Positions 1 through 9,087 of a stretch of DNA of 37,565 bases are shown here, piece after piece. The notes beneath the pieces are model-generated. The model saw only the letters and a program-made list of their open reading frames with translations. It did not search any database and had not been told where the DNA came from. Both the position numbers and the translations under genes were made by a program. The stretch covers positions 1 to 37,565 of IMG/VR virus record IMGVR_UViG_3300032243_001234. The stretch is one strand, 5' to 3'. Within the stretch, counting starts at the first letter, position 1, and every line of letters begins with the position of its first letter. This stretch comes from a virus (taxonomy: Duplodnaviria > Caudoviricetes).

Positions 1-944
1 CCACCAGAATACATGGGTTGATTATTGATTCTTAAAACATGACAGGCGGTATTTGAATCAGTAAAATCTGTTAATTTAGCCATTTCTGTGGCACCGGTAT
101 TGTGTGTATATCCAATTCCAATAATGGCGAATCTGCTATTCTGTAAAACACCCTGCGAGGACCATTCGCATAAAGCATCAGCGACGGCATCAATTGTTCC
201 AGACATTGAACCAGAATAATCTACAACAAGGAGATAGTCTGCTGAATCGTTTGTTGTTTCGTCTTCGTCCGTAACACCATCACAATCATCATCGTCACCG
301 TTACCACAAATTTCGACAACAGGTGTTCTCATATTTCTTATATTTACTTGGCCATTCACGCATTCACGATAACCGGCACGACACTCACCAACGTTTATTG
401 TATCTGGATCACCTGTGTAAACATAGCGTTCTGCCGGATCAAATATTGGATCATCATCTGTATCTTCGTCTATTTCGCCGTCACAATCATTATCTCTGCC
501 ATCACATACTTCTTTGCCATAATTGTCTGGTGGAACACAAATATATTGTCCATCAATACAAAGTTCTTGCGAGGATCTACATACGCCCAAAGCATTTTGA
601 ACGCACTCATTTCTTAAATCCCAAGAACTTCTGTTAACTTGCCAAGGATTATCCACAACACCATCACAATCGTCATCTAGACCATTACATACTTCGTAGT
701 CTGATCTTACTTCTCCATCACAGTATATTTTGTTTTCTTCGTCTTTTTTTGTATAACCAACGTGGCATATACCTACGTTAATTTGTTCTACATCTTCTTG
801 ACCAAGTTTAAGATAATCGTAAGGATCTGATTCGTTTATCATACATGGCTGACCTAAAAGTTCTACTAATGGTTCCTGTTCGCAGTTATCGCAAGAAACC
901 GAAAATAATAATAAAACTAATAGTAAAAGCCTATTTTTGGTCAT
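1..944 (-). CDS. Lipoprotein with three Cys/Asp-rich repeats (MopE-like metal-binding motif) and a VWA domain; runs off the window edge
   Basis: Hand-translated from ATG 944, not in the ORF track. MTKNRLLLLVLLLFSVSC is a lipobox-type signal. Repeats are EVCNGLDDDCDGVVD, EVCDGRDNDCDGEIDE and EICGNGDDDDCDGVTDE, followed by a VWA MIDAS motif YLLVVDYSGSM. Confidence 0.8.
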   Translation of the reverse strand, partial: MTKNRLLLLVLLLFSVSCDNCEQEPLVELLGQPCMINESDPYDYLKLGQEDVEQINVGICHVGYTKKDEENKIYCDGEVRSDYEVCNGLDDDCDGVVDNPWQVNRSSWDLRNECVQNALGVCRSSQELCIDGQYICVPPDNYGKEVCDGRDNDCDGEIDEDTDDDPIFDPAERYVYTGDPDTINVGECRAGYRECVNGQVNIRNMRTPVVEICGNGDDDDCDGVTDEDETTNDSADYLLVVDYSGSMSGTIDAVADALCEWSSQGVLQNSRFAIIGIGYTHNTGATEMAKLTDFTDSNTACHVLRINNQPMYSG

Positions 945-1125
945 AAAGCACCGAATTACATATATTCTGTTTTCTATCCTCTGGAAGCTTGTTTAGCCAC
1001 TCAATTATAACTGTATCTGCTGCTTCTATGTATGTTAAGCCGTCGCTATCACAAGCATAACAACCCAGAGCCTTTCCTCTACAAACAGCACAAGTGCCCT
1101 TAATGTAGAGGATTCCGTTATTCAT
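931..1125 (-). CDS. Small hypothetical protein with CxxC…CxxC zinc motif
   Basis: CAVCRGKALGCYAC. The likely start ATG 1125 overlaps the stop of the upstream gene. Confidence 0.6.
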   Translation of the reverse strand: MNNGILYIKGTCAVCRGKALGCYACDSDGLTYIEAADTVIIEWLNKLPEDRKQNICNSVLYDQK

Positions 1126-1465
1126 TTGTTGTTTGAGAGCTTTTGATGTAAGTGAAACGCATGACACCAGGAATTCTTAATGCTTGGGCTCTAACCATTT
1201 CTTTAATCGCATCTGCTGAATTTTCTGGCAAGTATTCACCGTCAATCTTAATAGACATGCGAGTTGTGTTGTGTAGAGTCTTTTCAAGAGTTTCGTTAGC
1301 TTTAACGATCGTTACACCATCTATTGCGCGGATTCGTGATAGATAATCAGTAACTGTCATGTCGTGCTTCTTGGAAGTAACAACAACAGCTTCTGTTTGA
1401 ATAATCTTATCACCAGGTCTTTCCTGTAAGTTTTGTCGGAAGCTTTCAAAAAGTTTATACATCAT
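1118..1465 (-). CDS. Hypothetical protein
   Basis: 115-aa ORF with GGAG upstream, on the coding strand. Confidence 0.7.
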   Translation of the reverse strand: MMYKLFESFRQNLQERPGDKIIQTEAVVVTSKKHDMTVTDYLSRIRAIDGVTIVKANETLEKTLHNTTRMSIKIDGEYLPENSADAIKEMVRAQALRIPGVMRFTYIKSSQTTNE

Positions 1466-1483
1466 TTAGTAAATATCTCCACA

Positions 1484-1515
1484 AAAAGTAAAAAGCAGCC
1501 ATTTCTGGCTGCTTT
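1484..1515 (-). terminator. Rho-independent terminator after hsp20
   Basis: aagcagcca-gaaa-tggctgctt followed by a T-rich tract on the minus strand. Confidence 0.8.
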
Positions 1516-1517
1516 CT

Positions 1518-1868
1518 TTATTTAATTTCAACAGTCCGTGATTTGTCCACTTTTGCTTTTACCGGTATGTTAATTGTCAAGATACCATTTTTACATTCTG
1601 CTGAAATATTTTTTGTATCGGCAGAATCTGTTAGTTTCCAAGAGCGTTGAAACTTCTTGTTTTCGTCCTTTGTGCTTAATTTTAACGTGCTATCGTTTAC
1701 CAGCAAATTAAAATCTTCTTTGGCAAATCCAGGAACATAAACAGTAATCTTTGTGGCTCCATCTTTTTCCGTTGTAAGCTGATCCGGATTCATTTCCATC
1801 GTTGACCAACGGATGTGTGGAACCGCAAAAATATCATTAATCATCTTGTTAACATTGTAAGAATACAT
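1518..1868 (-). CDS. Small heat shock protein (Hsp20/alpha-crystallin)
   Basis: VPGFAKEDFNL…FQRSWKL…ISAECKNGILTINIP motif; AAGGAG RBS. Confidence 0.9.
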   Translation of the reverse strand: MYSYNVNKMINDIFAVPHIRWSTMEMNPDQLTTEKDGATKITVYVPGFAKEDFNLLVNDSTLKLSTKDENKKFQRSWKLTDSADTKNISAECKNGILTINIPVKAKVDKSRTVEIK

Positions 1869-1914
1869 AATTTAAATCTCCTTTCGGGTTCTAAACCCCG
1901 TAAGTAATTTGTAA

Positions 1915-2388
1915 TCACGCTGCAAGAGCGTCAAGATCTTTTTCTTCTGTTTCTCGTTTTGTTTTCTTAACTTTCACACCAGACTGAATTGGTGCGTCAC
2001 CCCAAAAATTAGGATTATCATGCTGATTTGTTAGGAACTGAACGATGATAAATTGTTTATCATCTTTAATCTTGAAATCAGCCTTGTATGGCTCCAGTTT
2101 ACCGTATTTTGGTTCTGGCTCTTTCTTTTGATACTTCTTCTTTTCTGGTGCTGTATTTAAGTGATTGAGAACACGATGAATAATATCTTTCTCACTCAAA
2201 AACTCATCACGAACCATATTGACCCAATTAATATCAATATAGCCCAATACAACCCACCTTGATGAACCAAAGTTCTCAACTTCCCAATGCATCGATTGAG
2301 AATATCGACCAGCTCTTGTTTCTTCACTATTTGAAGCTGGAATTTGTCGAAAATCACATTCAATTTTTGGTTTCTGGGTGTCAGTCAT
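1915..2388 (-). CDS. Hypothetical protein
   Basis: 157-aa ORF overlapping the glutaredoxin stop. Confidence 0.7.
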   Translation of the reverse strand: MTDTQKPKIECDFRQIPASNSEETRAGRYSQSMHWEVENFGSSRWVVLGYIDINWVNMVRDEFLSEKDIIHRVLNHLNTAPEKKKYQKKEPEPKYGKLEPYKADFKIKDDKQFIIVQFLTNQHDNPNFWGDAPIQSGVKVKKTKRETEEKDLDALAA

Positions 2389-2656
2389 TTAGTAGAATCC
2401 TTCCTGAGTTACGATTCAAGCGTTCATTCAATTCGGTAAAACCACCAACAACAGTTTCATTATTGTTGTCATCAATAGCCACTACAATTGGGACAGTTGG
2501 CCAATTATAGTGAGCCTTTTGCTCTTGAAGGAAGTTATCACTTCTATCGGCTGCAACCACAATAAAAGGAATTTTCTTTTGTGTCAAGAGATTAACTGCC
2601 TTCTTACAAAAAGGACAGTCAACTTTGATGATCAGTTTATACATCTTGATATTCAT
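2381..2656 (-). CDS. Glutaredoxin
   Basis: CPFC active site, TVP cis-Pro motif, VGGFTEL. Confidence 0.9.
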   Translation of the reverse strand: MNIKMYKLIIKVDCPFCKKAVNLLTQKKIPFIVVAADRSDNFLQEQKAHYNWPTVPIVVAIDDNNNETVVGGFTELNERLNRNSGRILLND

Positions 2657-3000
2657 TTTGTTAAGACTCTGCTACCAAGCACCTGCATTAGATCAGAGAA
2701 CGATGATACAACAACCTTTTCTGATGAAACGTTACCAAAATTAAATGTTAGCAAACATAGGTTTTTTCCATCAATATCGGTAACATCACTTGGACCGAAC
2801 ATCTCATGTTTTGGAAACTTTTCTTCCAAAGGCATCTCGCGAACGAAACTGAGATTATGTAAATTTAATATCTCTTTATCAACTACTGCTTTGTAACCAG
2901 CAACCGAACGATTATGTGAATCTTTTACGACCATACTAACTTTATTAACTACATCAAGTGTGAGAAACATTTGGAACCTCGTAAATTTCTGTATTGTCAA
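2653..3000 (-). CDS. Hypothetical protein (start probably ~30 nt further in)
   Basis: ORF track; tightly packed with its neighbours. Confidence 0.6.
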   Translation of the reverse strand: MTIQKFTRFQMFLTLDVVNKVSMVVKDSHNRSVAGYKAVVDKEILNLHNLSFVREMPLEEKFPKHEMFGPSDVTDIDGKNLCLLTFNFGNVSSEKVVVSSFSDLMQVLGSRVLTK

Positions 3001-3181
3001 TCAGCCAATATTCACCATCAATCAAGATACAATAACTTTGTTCATTAAATTCAGAAACAACCAATGCAACTTTCGGGTCTTTTGTAAATGTGACCTTTCT
3101 AATGACCCCATCTTCCTTTTTAGCCCATAATAATCTAGAGCTCTCTGGAATCCAAACAAGGTCACCAATATTGCACTTCAT
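2954..3181 (-). CDS. Small hypothetical protein, KOW/SH3-like 'IGDLV' family
   Basis: MKCNIGDLVWI N-terminus. Confidence 0.6.
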   Translation of the reverse strand: MKCNIGDLVWIPESSRLLWAKKEDGVIRKVTFTKDPKVALVVSEFNEQSYCILIDGEYWLIDNTEIYEVPNVSHT

Positions 3182-3474
3182 TGATTAGAACTAGTTTCCT
3201 GCTTTTGTTCTTGATTCTGTGGATTCTTGACTTTTTCATAACCTTCTAGGATTACTTGACAATCGGTAAGCCTAGCAAACATCTTCTGTAACTTTTCCAT
3301 TCCAGTTTTCAGTTTTAGCTTTGCCAAAACCACTTCTCTGTTAGAGAGATCGACGGAAGCTTCCTGCATAAGTTTCTGAAACTTCTCAATATCTTTTGAA
3401 AGCGTGTTGGAAATATTTGCTACTTCGTCTGGAACATCTTCTAAATCTGATGTATAACTTACTTTAACTTGCAT
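3178..3474 (-). CDS. Hypothetical helical protein
   Basis: 98-aa ORF with AAAGGTG RBS, right after groEL. Confidence 0.7.
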   Translation of the reverse strand: MQVKVSYTSDLEDVPDEVANISNTLSKDIEKFQKLMQEASVDLSNREVVLAKLKLKTGMEKLQKMFARLTDCQVILEGYEKVKNPQNQEQKQETSSNQ

Positions 3475-3484
3475 ATATCACCTT

Positions 3485-5059
3485 TCACAATTCTACAACA
3501 GCGTGATCTGTTGTAATTAAAGTGCCTGCTGCTGATGCAGCATTTTGTAATGCACACCGTGTCACCTTCACAGGATCAATAATACCTGCTTCGTATGCAT
3601 TAATGAATCTCTCGTTAACAGCATCATAGCACACGTCTTCGTCAAAGTCAAGTGCTTGTGACAAAACAACGTCTGGTTTTCCACCACCGTTTTCAACGAT
3701 TGTTTTAAGTGGCTGCTGGCAAGCTTTAACAACAATATCAACACCATATCTCTCTGCCTGAAAATCCACGTTAATATGGAGCCTGTTCTGTGTTGCTACT
3801 TTGGCTAGTGTGATGCCTGAACCGGGGATGATTCCTTCGTCTAGGGCCGATTTAACCGCTTCTAGGGCATCTTCAATACGGTGCTTCTTCTCGATCATTT
3901 CAATCTCTGTTGCGGCACCAACATTAATTACGGCAATACCACTCGCCAAACGTGTAATACGTTCCATTGTTGTTTTAGAAGAATCAAGATCGCTTGATTG
4001 AGCAACTTCTTCTTTAAGAGATTCGATTCGTTCCTGAATCTTATTTGGATCTCCTTTGCCACCCATAATGATTGTTTGAACCTTTGAGCACTCAATTGAT
4101 TTAGCTTTACCTAAATCTTTTAGTTTGGCATTACGAATGTCACCGCCATTTAGTCTTGTGAAGAAAGTAGCACCAAGTGATACAGCAAGATCACCAAGAA
4201 TATTTCTACGCTCTTCACCATAACGTGGTGCTTTAATCGCTGAAACAGCCATTGTTCCACGTAATGTATTCATAATAAGCGCCGCGAGTGCTTGGCCTTC
4301 AATTTCTTCAGCAATAATAACAAGTGGTTTGCTTTCTCTTGCTACAACTTCCAAAACAGGAAGTAACTGTTCAACGGCTTCAATACGTTCATCTGTGATA
4401 AGGAAATATGGATCATTATAACTCATGATTCCTTTACGCTCGTTTGTAACGAATTGTGACGAGGCAAAGCCAGAATCAAAACGGAAGCCTTCAACAATAT
4501 CAAGACTTGTCTGCATCGACTTTGCTTCTTGAATAAGAATAGAACCATCTTTACCAACAAGATCGACTGCTTTGGCAATTAGCTTACCAATACTCTTATC
4601 GCCATTAGCTGAAATGGTAGCAATACGTTCCAAGTCCTGTTCGTCTGAAACAGGCTTTGACCAACGTGGCAATTCATTAACAATGAATTCAACTGCTTTA
4701 TCAATACCACGCTTTAGATCAATTGGTGAAATACCAGCAGCTAGAAATGGCTGTGCTTGAACAAGAATAGAGTGCGCTAATACGGTAGCTGTTGTTGTTC
4801 CATCGCCAGCAGAAGCAGCAGATTGACGAGCAACTTGTTTAATAATTTGTGCTCCAACATTCTCAAATGGATCACTTAATTCAATTGCCTCTGCGACTGT
4901 GACGCCGTCCTTAGTTATAATTGGGTTCCTGCCCTTTTGGTGTAGAATAACATTCTTACCACGTGGACCCATAGTTGTTTTTACATTATTAGCTAGTTTT
5001 GTAACACCATCTAAAATCTTTTTATTTAGTGATGAACCATTATCAAATACTTTCGACAT
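3485..5059 (-). CDS. groEL: Chaperonin GroEL (phage-encoded)
   Basis: TMGPRGKNV, ITKDGVTVA, AGDGTTTATVLA, KAPRYGEERR and GIIDPVKVTR motifs. Start ATG 5059 follows GGAG. No C-terminal GGM tail. Confidence 0.97.
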   Translation of the reverse strand: MSKVFDNGSSLNKKILDGVTKLANNVKTTMGPRGKNVILHQKGRNPIITKDGVTVAEAIELSDPFENVGAQIIKQVARQSAASAGDGTTTATVLAHSILVQAQPFLAAGISPIDLKRGIDKAVEFIVNELPRWSKPVSDEQDLERIATISANGDKSIGKLIAKAVDLVGKDGSILIQEAKSMQTSLDIVEGFRFDSGFASSQFVTNERKGIMSYNDPYFLITDERIEAVEQLLPVLEVVARESKPLVIIAEEIEGQALAALIMNTLRGTMAVSAIKAPRYGEERRNILGDLAVSLGATFFTRLNGGDIRNAKLKDLGKAKSIECSKVQTIIMGGKGDPNKIQERIESLKEEVAQSSDLDSSKTTMERITRLASGIAVINVGAATEIEMIEKKHRIEDALEAVKSALDEGIIPGSGITLAKVATQNRLHINVDFQAERYGVDIVVKACQQPLKTIVENGGGKPDVVLSQALDFDEDVCYDAVNERFINAYEAGIIDPVKVTRCALQNAASAAGTLITTDHAVVEL

Positions 5060-5082
5060 TACTGACTCCAATCTGTCGTTCT

Positions 5083-5110
5083 ATTATACTCACACCGTAG
5101 AAGAAGTAAA
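5083..5110 (-). promoter_or_regulatory. Putative sigma70-type promoter for groEL
   Basis: TTTACT-N16-TATAAT, 24 nt upstream of the ATG. Confidence 0.6.
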
Positions 5111-5129
5111 GAGGCTTTTCAGCCTCTTT
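5108..5129 (-). terminator. Terminator-like hairpin
   Basis: aaagaggct-gaaa-agcctcttt immediately after the stop at 5132. Confidence 0.7.
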
Positions 5130-5131
5130 CT

Positions 5132-6535
5132 TCAATCATCAACTGCCGTATCTTTTACTATTTTCGATGTTTGTTGTGGCAAGTTAGCTGCCAACTGAAC
5201 TGCTTTCTCACCATCTTTTCCTCTGCTTGATGCAGTAGAAGTCAAATAGGATTGTAGTGAACTGGTGAAATCTGCAAGATTATTAAAAATTTCTGTTATG
5301 CTTTGATCAAGTGATTTAACAGCATTTTCGATAATCTGTTCTATCTTTTTATCTGAGAATTCTATAACAATCTGTTTTTGTCCATAACTTCGCGCGAACT
5401 TAGACCAATGCGATTGTGGAATTTCAAATTCTGTTCTTAGACCTTTCTTTGAGACTTTTGTTTTTTGTATCTCTGTTCCAGCAATATCTTTAATTAATTG
5501 ACTTATTTTCTCACTGTCTGGTTCATTTTGAAGTAAGGCACTCAAAGTAGCAAGTGAGCGATCATCCAGATTATTCACAAATAAAGTAAAGTCTCCTACT
5601 TTTGGCATTTCAAAATTATTTGCTTTGAGAACATTAAATGCTATTTCACCACGCTCTTTTGAATTTAGGGTGGCTGGTTTTCCTTTTTTATTTAGAACTT
5701 GACTTTTAAATAGTTGTTGTACTTCTGGACTTAAATCTTGATCTAAACCTGGAACATTTGGCTCTTCTTCGCTTATTACAAAGCCTTCTTTCAATGCACG
5801 CTGTGGTAATTCTAAATTACCGTTAGCATCGGTTGTTATTGTATTTGGTGGAAGTTGCAAGAACTGATTTACATTAGAACCATCAACTACGAATCTAACA
5901 ACTCTTAATTCTCCAACAGGACTCTCGGCACCGGAAGAGTTTTTTAGATAAAGATCAAAATAAACCTTTCCACTTTTATTGATAGAGGTAATCAAATTAG
6001 CAACACTACCTTTTACATGAGCACCAGAAGAAGTTAGTGTTTTAAGTGAAACTGGAATATTACCATCTGTAATATCACCAATATCACCTTGTGCATTTGC
6101 CTCTAATGAACCTTTTTGTTCACTACCATACAAAACACTCAAAAATGCTTCATTAATGAAACCCGCTGGAGAAGGCTGGAAGGATTTAAACATTCGATTT
6201 AAAGTCTCAAGAAGCATAATTTGTGAAAGAATTCTTCTTGGACTCTTAACATCGGCACCAGAAGCAATTTCTTCCATTTGATTTTTAATCATTTGAAGTT
6301 TTTCAAATGGAGTTTTACCACCTCTTGTTGCAGAATCAACAATTCTACTTAATTCAGCTCTTTCTACAGTATTTTCTTTACCCCAATTTTCAGAAATCTG
6401 AAGTTGTGGTAGTTTCAATACTCTCTCTTGTGTCGAGACTTCTTTTTCCTGAACTATTTCAGTTTCACTAACGATCTTTTTGGTTTCTTCCAAAAGATCT
6501 GCCATCTTCCATATTTCTTCCAGCGTAAGTTTCAT
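5132..6535 (-). CDS. Large hypothetical protein
   Basis: 467-aa ORF; no confident motif. Confidence 0.75.
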   Translation of the reverse strand: MKLTLEEIWKMADLLEETKKIVSETEIVQEKEVSTQERVLKLPQLQISENWGKENTVERAELSRIVDSATRGGKTPFEKLQMIKNQMEEIASGADVKSPRRILSQIMLLETLNRMFKSFQPSPAGFINEAFLSVLYGSEQKGSLEANAQGDIGDITDGNIPVSLKTLTSSGAHVKGSVANLITSINKSGKVYFDLYLKNSSGAESPVGELRVVRFVVDGSNVNQFLQLPPNTITTDANGNLELPQRALKEGFVISEEEPNVPGLDQDLSPEVQQLFKSQVLNKKGKPATLNSKERGEIAFNVLKANNFEMPKVGDFTLFVNNLDDRSLATLSALLQNEPDSEKISQLIKDIAGTEIQKTKVSKKGLRTEFEIPQSHWSKFARSYGQKQIVIEFSDKKIEQIIENAVKSLDQSITEIFNNLADFTSSLQSYLTSTASSRGKDGEKAVQLAANLPQQTSKIVKDTAVDD

Positions 6536-6545
6536 TATTTAGACC

Positions 6546-7232
6546 TCATTCAGCGATTTTATCAGCAATACCATAGCTGATCGCTTCTTCTGCGCTAATA
6601 TAAATATTACGCTTTTCGTCAATTAGCTTCTTAATTCGTGCGCTCTTCATTTTTGTTTCACGAGCGAGGGCATCAATATACATTTCTTGTGTTTGGTTGA
6701 TTTCAGCGAATTCATTTTCAATATCGTGAATACCGCCCATAGCACCAGCTTGAACAGGGTGAATCATAACACGGCAATTCTGTCCAATTTCACGCAAACC
6801 CTTTGTTCCAGCAGCCATCAATAAGACACCGGCACTCATTACTTTGCCCATACCAAGTGTGCGAATCTTAATGTCTTTCTTTACCATACACATCGTATCG
6901 TAAATTGAGAACATGTCACTTGCTGAACCACCGTGAGTTGAAATAAGGAAATCAAGTGGTTCGTTTACTTTTACAAGAAGTTCTTTTAGCAGTTCATCGT
7001 TCTTGCCTTTGAACTTGGCAGTAAGATGTTCTGGAAGTTTTACTACTTGATCTCGGAAATGAAATAGTGAAAGGACGATTTCACGGCCACGCTTTTCATT
7101 TACGTTTCCATACAGTGAAATAAGATTCAATTCCTGAACGAATACTGAATCCTCTCCACCTTCTTCGGTTTCTTCAAGTTCCAAGTCATCTTCTAGGCTT
7201 TTACTTTTTTTACGCATCAACATATTAATCAT
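6546..7232 (-). CDS. clpP: ClpP-like protease subunit
   Basis: ISTHGG, GKVMSAG (catalytic Ser), VMIHP (His) and SAEEAISYGIADKI. Confidence 0.9.
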   Translation of the reverse strand: MINMLMRKKSKSLEDDLELEETEEGGEDSVFVQELNLISLYGNVNEKRGREIVLSLFHFRDQVVKLPEHLTAKFKGKNDELLKELLVKVNEPLDFLISTHGGSASDMFSIYDTMCMVKKDIKIRTLGMGKVMSAGVLLMAAGTKGLREIGQNCRVMIHPVQAGAMGGIHDIENEFAEINQTQEMYIDALARETKMKSARIKKLIDEKRNIYISAEEAISYGIADKIAE

Positions 7233-7666
7233 CCCTTCTTGTTACGAAATTCGGTACTGTTATGAGTTTTAGCGCCTAAACCATCTACAATTTTGACACC
7301 CAGTTTATTACATACTTCAACTTCTGGAATATTACCAACAAATCTATCTCCACCTTTTGCGAAGATAAACTTTGTGTCCTCACCTAAAACCATTCTCTCA
7401 TTAAGAACAACAGTTTCAATTGATTCACAAACACTTCCATCCTTGTCAATAGATAGCATGACTTCATCTACTGGCTTTAGTGAACGCATCACTTTCATTC
7501 TAAAATCTTCATCTTGAAAGATCTTACCAATCTTTAACATTTGCTGTTGATCATTATTAACAATAACAACCAATCTATCACCCAATTTCCTAGCCATTTC
7601 TAAACATTCAATATGGCCGGGATGAATTGGGTTCGCATACATTGATGTAATAATTACTGTGCTCAT
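7229..7666 (-). CDS. Cytidylyltransferase-like nucleotidyltransferase (TagD/RfaE-II/RibL superfamily)
   Basis: HPGH (HxGH) motif, ARKLGDRLVVIVNND, FAKGGDR. Confidence 0.85.
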   Translation of the reverse strand: MSTVIITSMYANPIHPGHIECLEMARKLGDRLVVIVNNDQQQMLKIGKIFQDEDFRMKVMRSLKPVDEVMLSIDKDGSVCESIETVVLNERMVLGEDTKFIFAKGGDRFVGNIPEVEVCNKLGVKIVDGLGAKTHNSTEFRNKKG

Positions 7667-8055
7667 TTTTGTACCTTACAGGTTCTACTATTGTGACCTG
7701 ACATACCACATTTACCACAGCATCGACCACTTTGTTTAGCTGATTTTACTACTGTTTTTGAAGTTTTACGGGTTCGCTTTACAGCGACAGCAGTCTTAAC
7801 CCTTTTCTTGTTTCCATCACGATCACATTCAAAAACTTCAAATGGAAGTGATTTTGCGAAGCTTACCCAATTTTTCGGGTCTTGAAACTCTTTACAGAAA
7901 ATATTCAAAATATGACCATTCTTGTTTGTGCCTGTTCCCGTCAGGCGCCAATCCTTAAAGTAAGAGTCAAGTGATTTAAATTCTGTGTTATTTTTAAAAA
8001 TAATTTGTAGATTATAAGTTGTAGGGTTTGTTTTCCAAATACAGCCTTCGACCAT
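7663..8055 (-). CDS. Hypothetical protein with basic tail and C-terminal CCHC zinc knuckle
   Basis: CGKCGMSGHNSRTC. The start at ATG 8055 follows GGAGG. Confidence 0.7.
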   Translation of the reverse strand: MVEGCIWKTNPTTYNLQIIFKNNTEFKSLDSYFKDWRLTGTGTNKNGHILNIFCKEFQDPKNWVSFAKSLPFEVFECDRDGNKKRVKTAVAVKRTRKTSKTVVKSAKQSGRCCGKCGMSGHNSRTCKVQK

Positions 8056-8071
8056 AAAACCTCCAAGCAGT

Positions 8072-8100
8072 ATGATAGCACACGTCGACGGAGCCGTCAA
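8072..8100 (-). promoter_or_regulatory. Sigma70-type promoter
   Basis: TTGACG-N17-TATCAT with a TGn extended -10, just downstream of a terminator. Confidence 0.75.
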
Positions 8101-8119
8101 GTGTTTTCCTAGAAAAACC

Positions 8120-8142
8120 AAAAAGCCCCGTAAGGGGCTTCT
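8120..8142 (-). terminator. Rho-independent terminator
   Basis: aagcccc-ttac-ggggctt followed by TTT. Confidence 0.85.
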
Positions 8143-8173
8143 GGTTAGGAGTTTAGTACCTTGTTTAAGGGAA

Positions 8174-9022
8174 TCAGGCTTTCTTTAAACGTTCTGCTAC
8201 TTTGGCAGCAACTTTTTTAGCTAAAGCTTCTTTTGTGACAGCAGCTTTTGGCTTTTTTGATTCCATTAGGCGAGCCTTGACACGCTTGACTGTTTCAGCT
8301 ACGACTTTTTCAAGAGCAGCTTCATCAAGTGTTGGGTGTGGGGCCATTCCTTCTTCTTCTTCCTCTTCTTCCTCTTCTTCACCGGCTGGCATTTCACCTT
8401 CGGCGGCTTCATGGCCGGGAGCACTTTCATCACCTCCCATCTCGATTTCTGTTTCGTCGCCTTCTTCTTCTACTGAAACAACATCAGCGGCACCTGGAAC
8501 TTTTTCTGTAATGACGCGAATTAGTTCTTTTACAAGACCTTCAACGTCAAGACCACCGGCAGCTGGTGCTTCTGGTGCTTCAACATCTGCCATATCTTCT
8601 TCTGGCATTTCTTCTTCTTTAACAAGACCACCGGCTTTCTTGGCTGGCTTCATTTTTTGTGAAGCTGGTGCGCCTTTCATTTTTGCTGGCTTAGCTGCTG
8701 AAAGAGCTTTGCCTTCTTCTACTTTTTCTTTTCCTTCTTCTTCCATTTTCTTGGCTTCACCAAGATCACGGCCTCTGGCCATATCTCTGTCGTCTTCGCG
8801 ACGTGATTCTGAATCAACTGGCATTTGACCGCCACCTTCTTCAAGTGAAGCTACTTCTTCGAGTTTTTCGCCGTCTTTTTCAACGGCTTCATCTTCCATC
8901 TTCTTGCCGTAAGCTTCTTCAACTGTTTCACTCTCTTTCAAGAATGAATTTGTTAATGGTTGCAATCCTGCAATTTTCATGAATTTGCGAACTGCTTGTT
9001 CTTCTAATAGTTTCTTTGACAT
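8174..9022 (-). CDS. Very acidic low-complexity protein
   Basis: 282 aa, E/A/K-rich with a poly-E run; AGGAG RBS; followed by its own terminator. Confidence 0.8.
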   Translation of the reverse strand: MSKKLLEEQAVRKFMKIAGLQPLTNSFLKESETVEEAYGKKMEDEAVEKDGEKLEEVASLEEGGGQMPVDSESRREDDRDMARGRDLGEAKKMEEEGKEKVEEGKALSAAKPAKMKGAPASQKMKPAKKAGGLVKEEEMPEEDMADVEAPEAPAAGGLDVEGLVKELIRVITEKVPGAADVVSVEEEGDETEIEMGGDESAPGHEAAEGEMPAGEEEEEEEEEEGMAPHPTLDEAALEKVVAETVKRVKARLMESKKPKAAVTKEALAKKVAAKVAERLKKA

Positions 9023-9087
9023 TACTAAACTCCTATTTCTAATAGTAAATCATAAATAAATAGTGCGTGTTAAGCGAAAATCCATAC

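Noticed and set aside
1869-1914. RNA thermometer upstream of hsp20
   Set aside because: The small hairpin ends before the AAGGAG RBS and has no ROSE or fourU signature.
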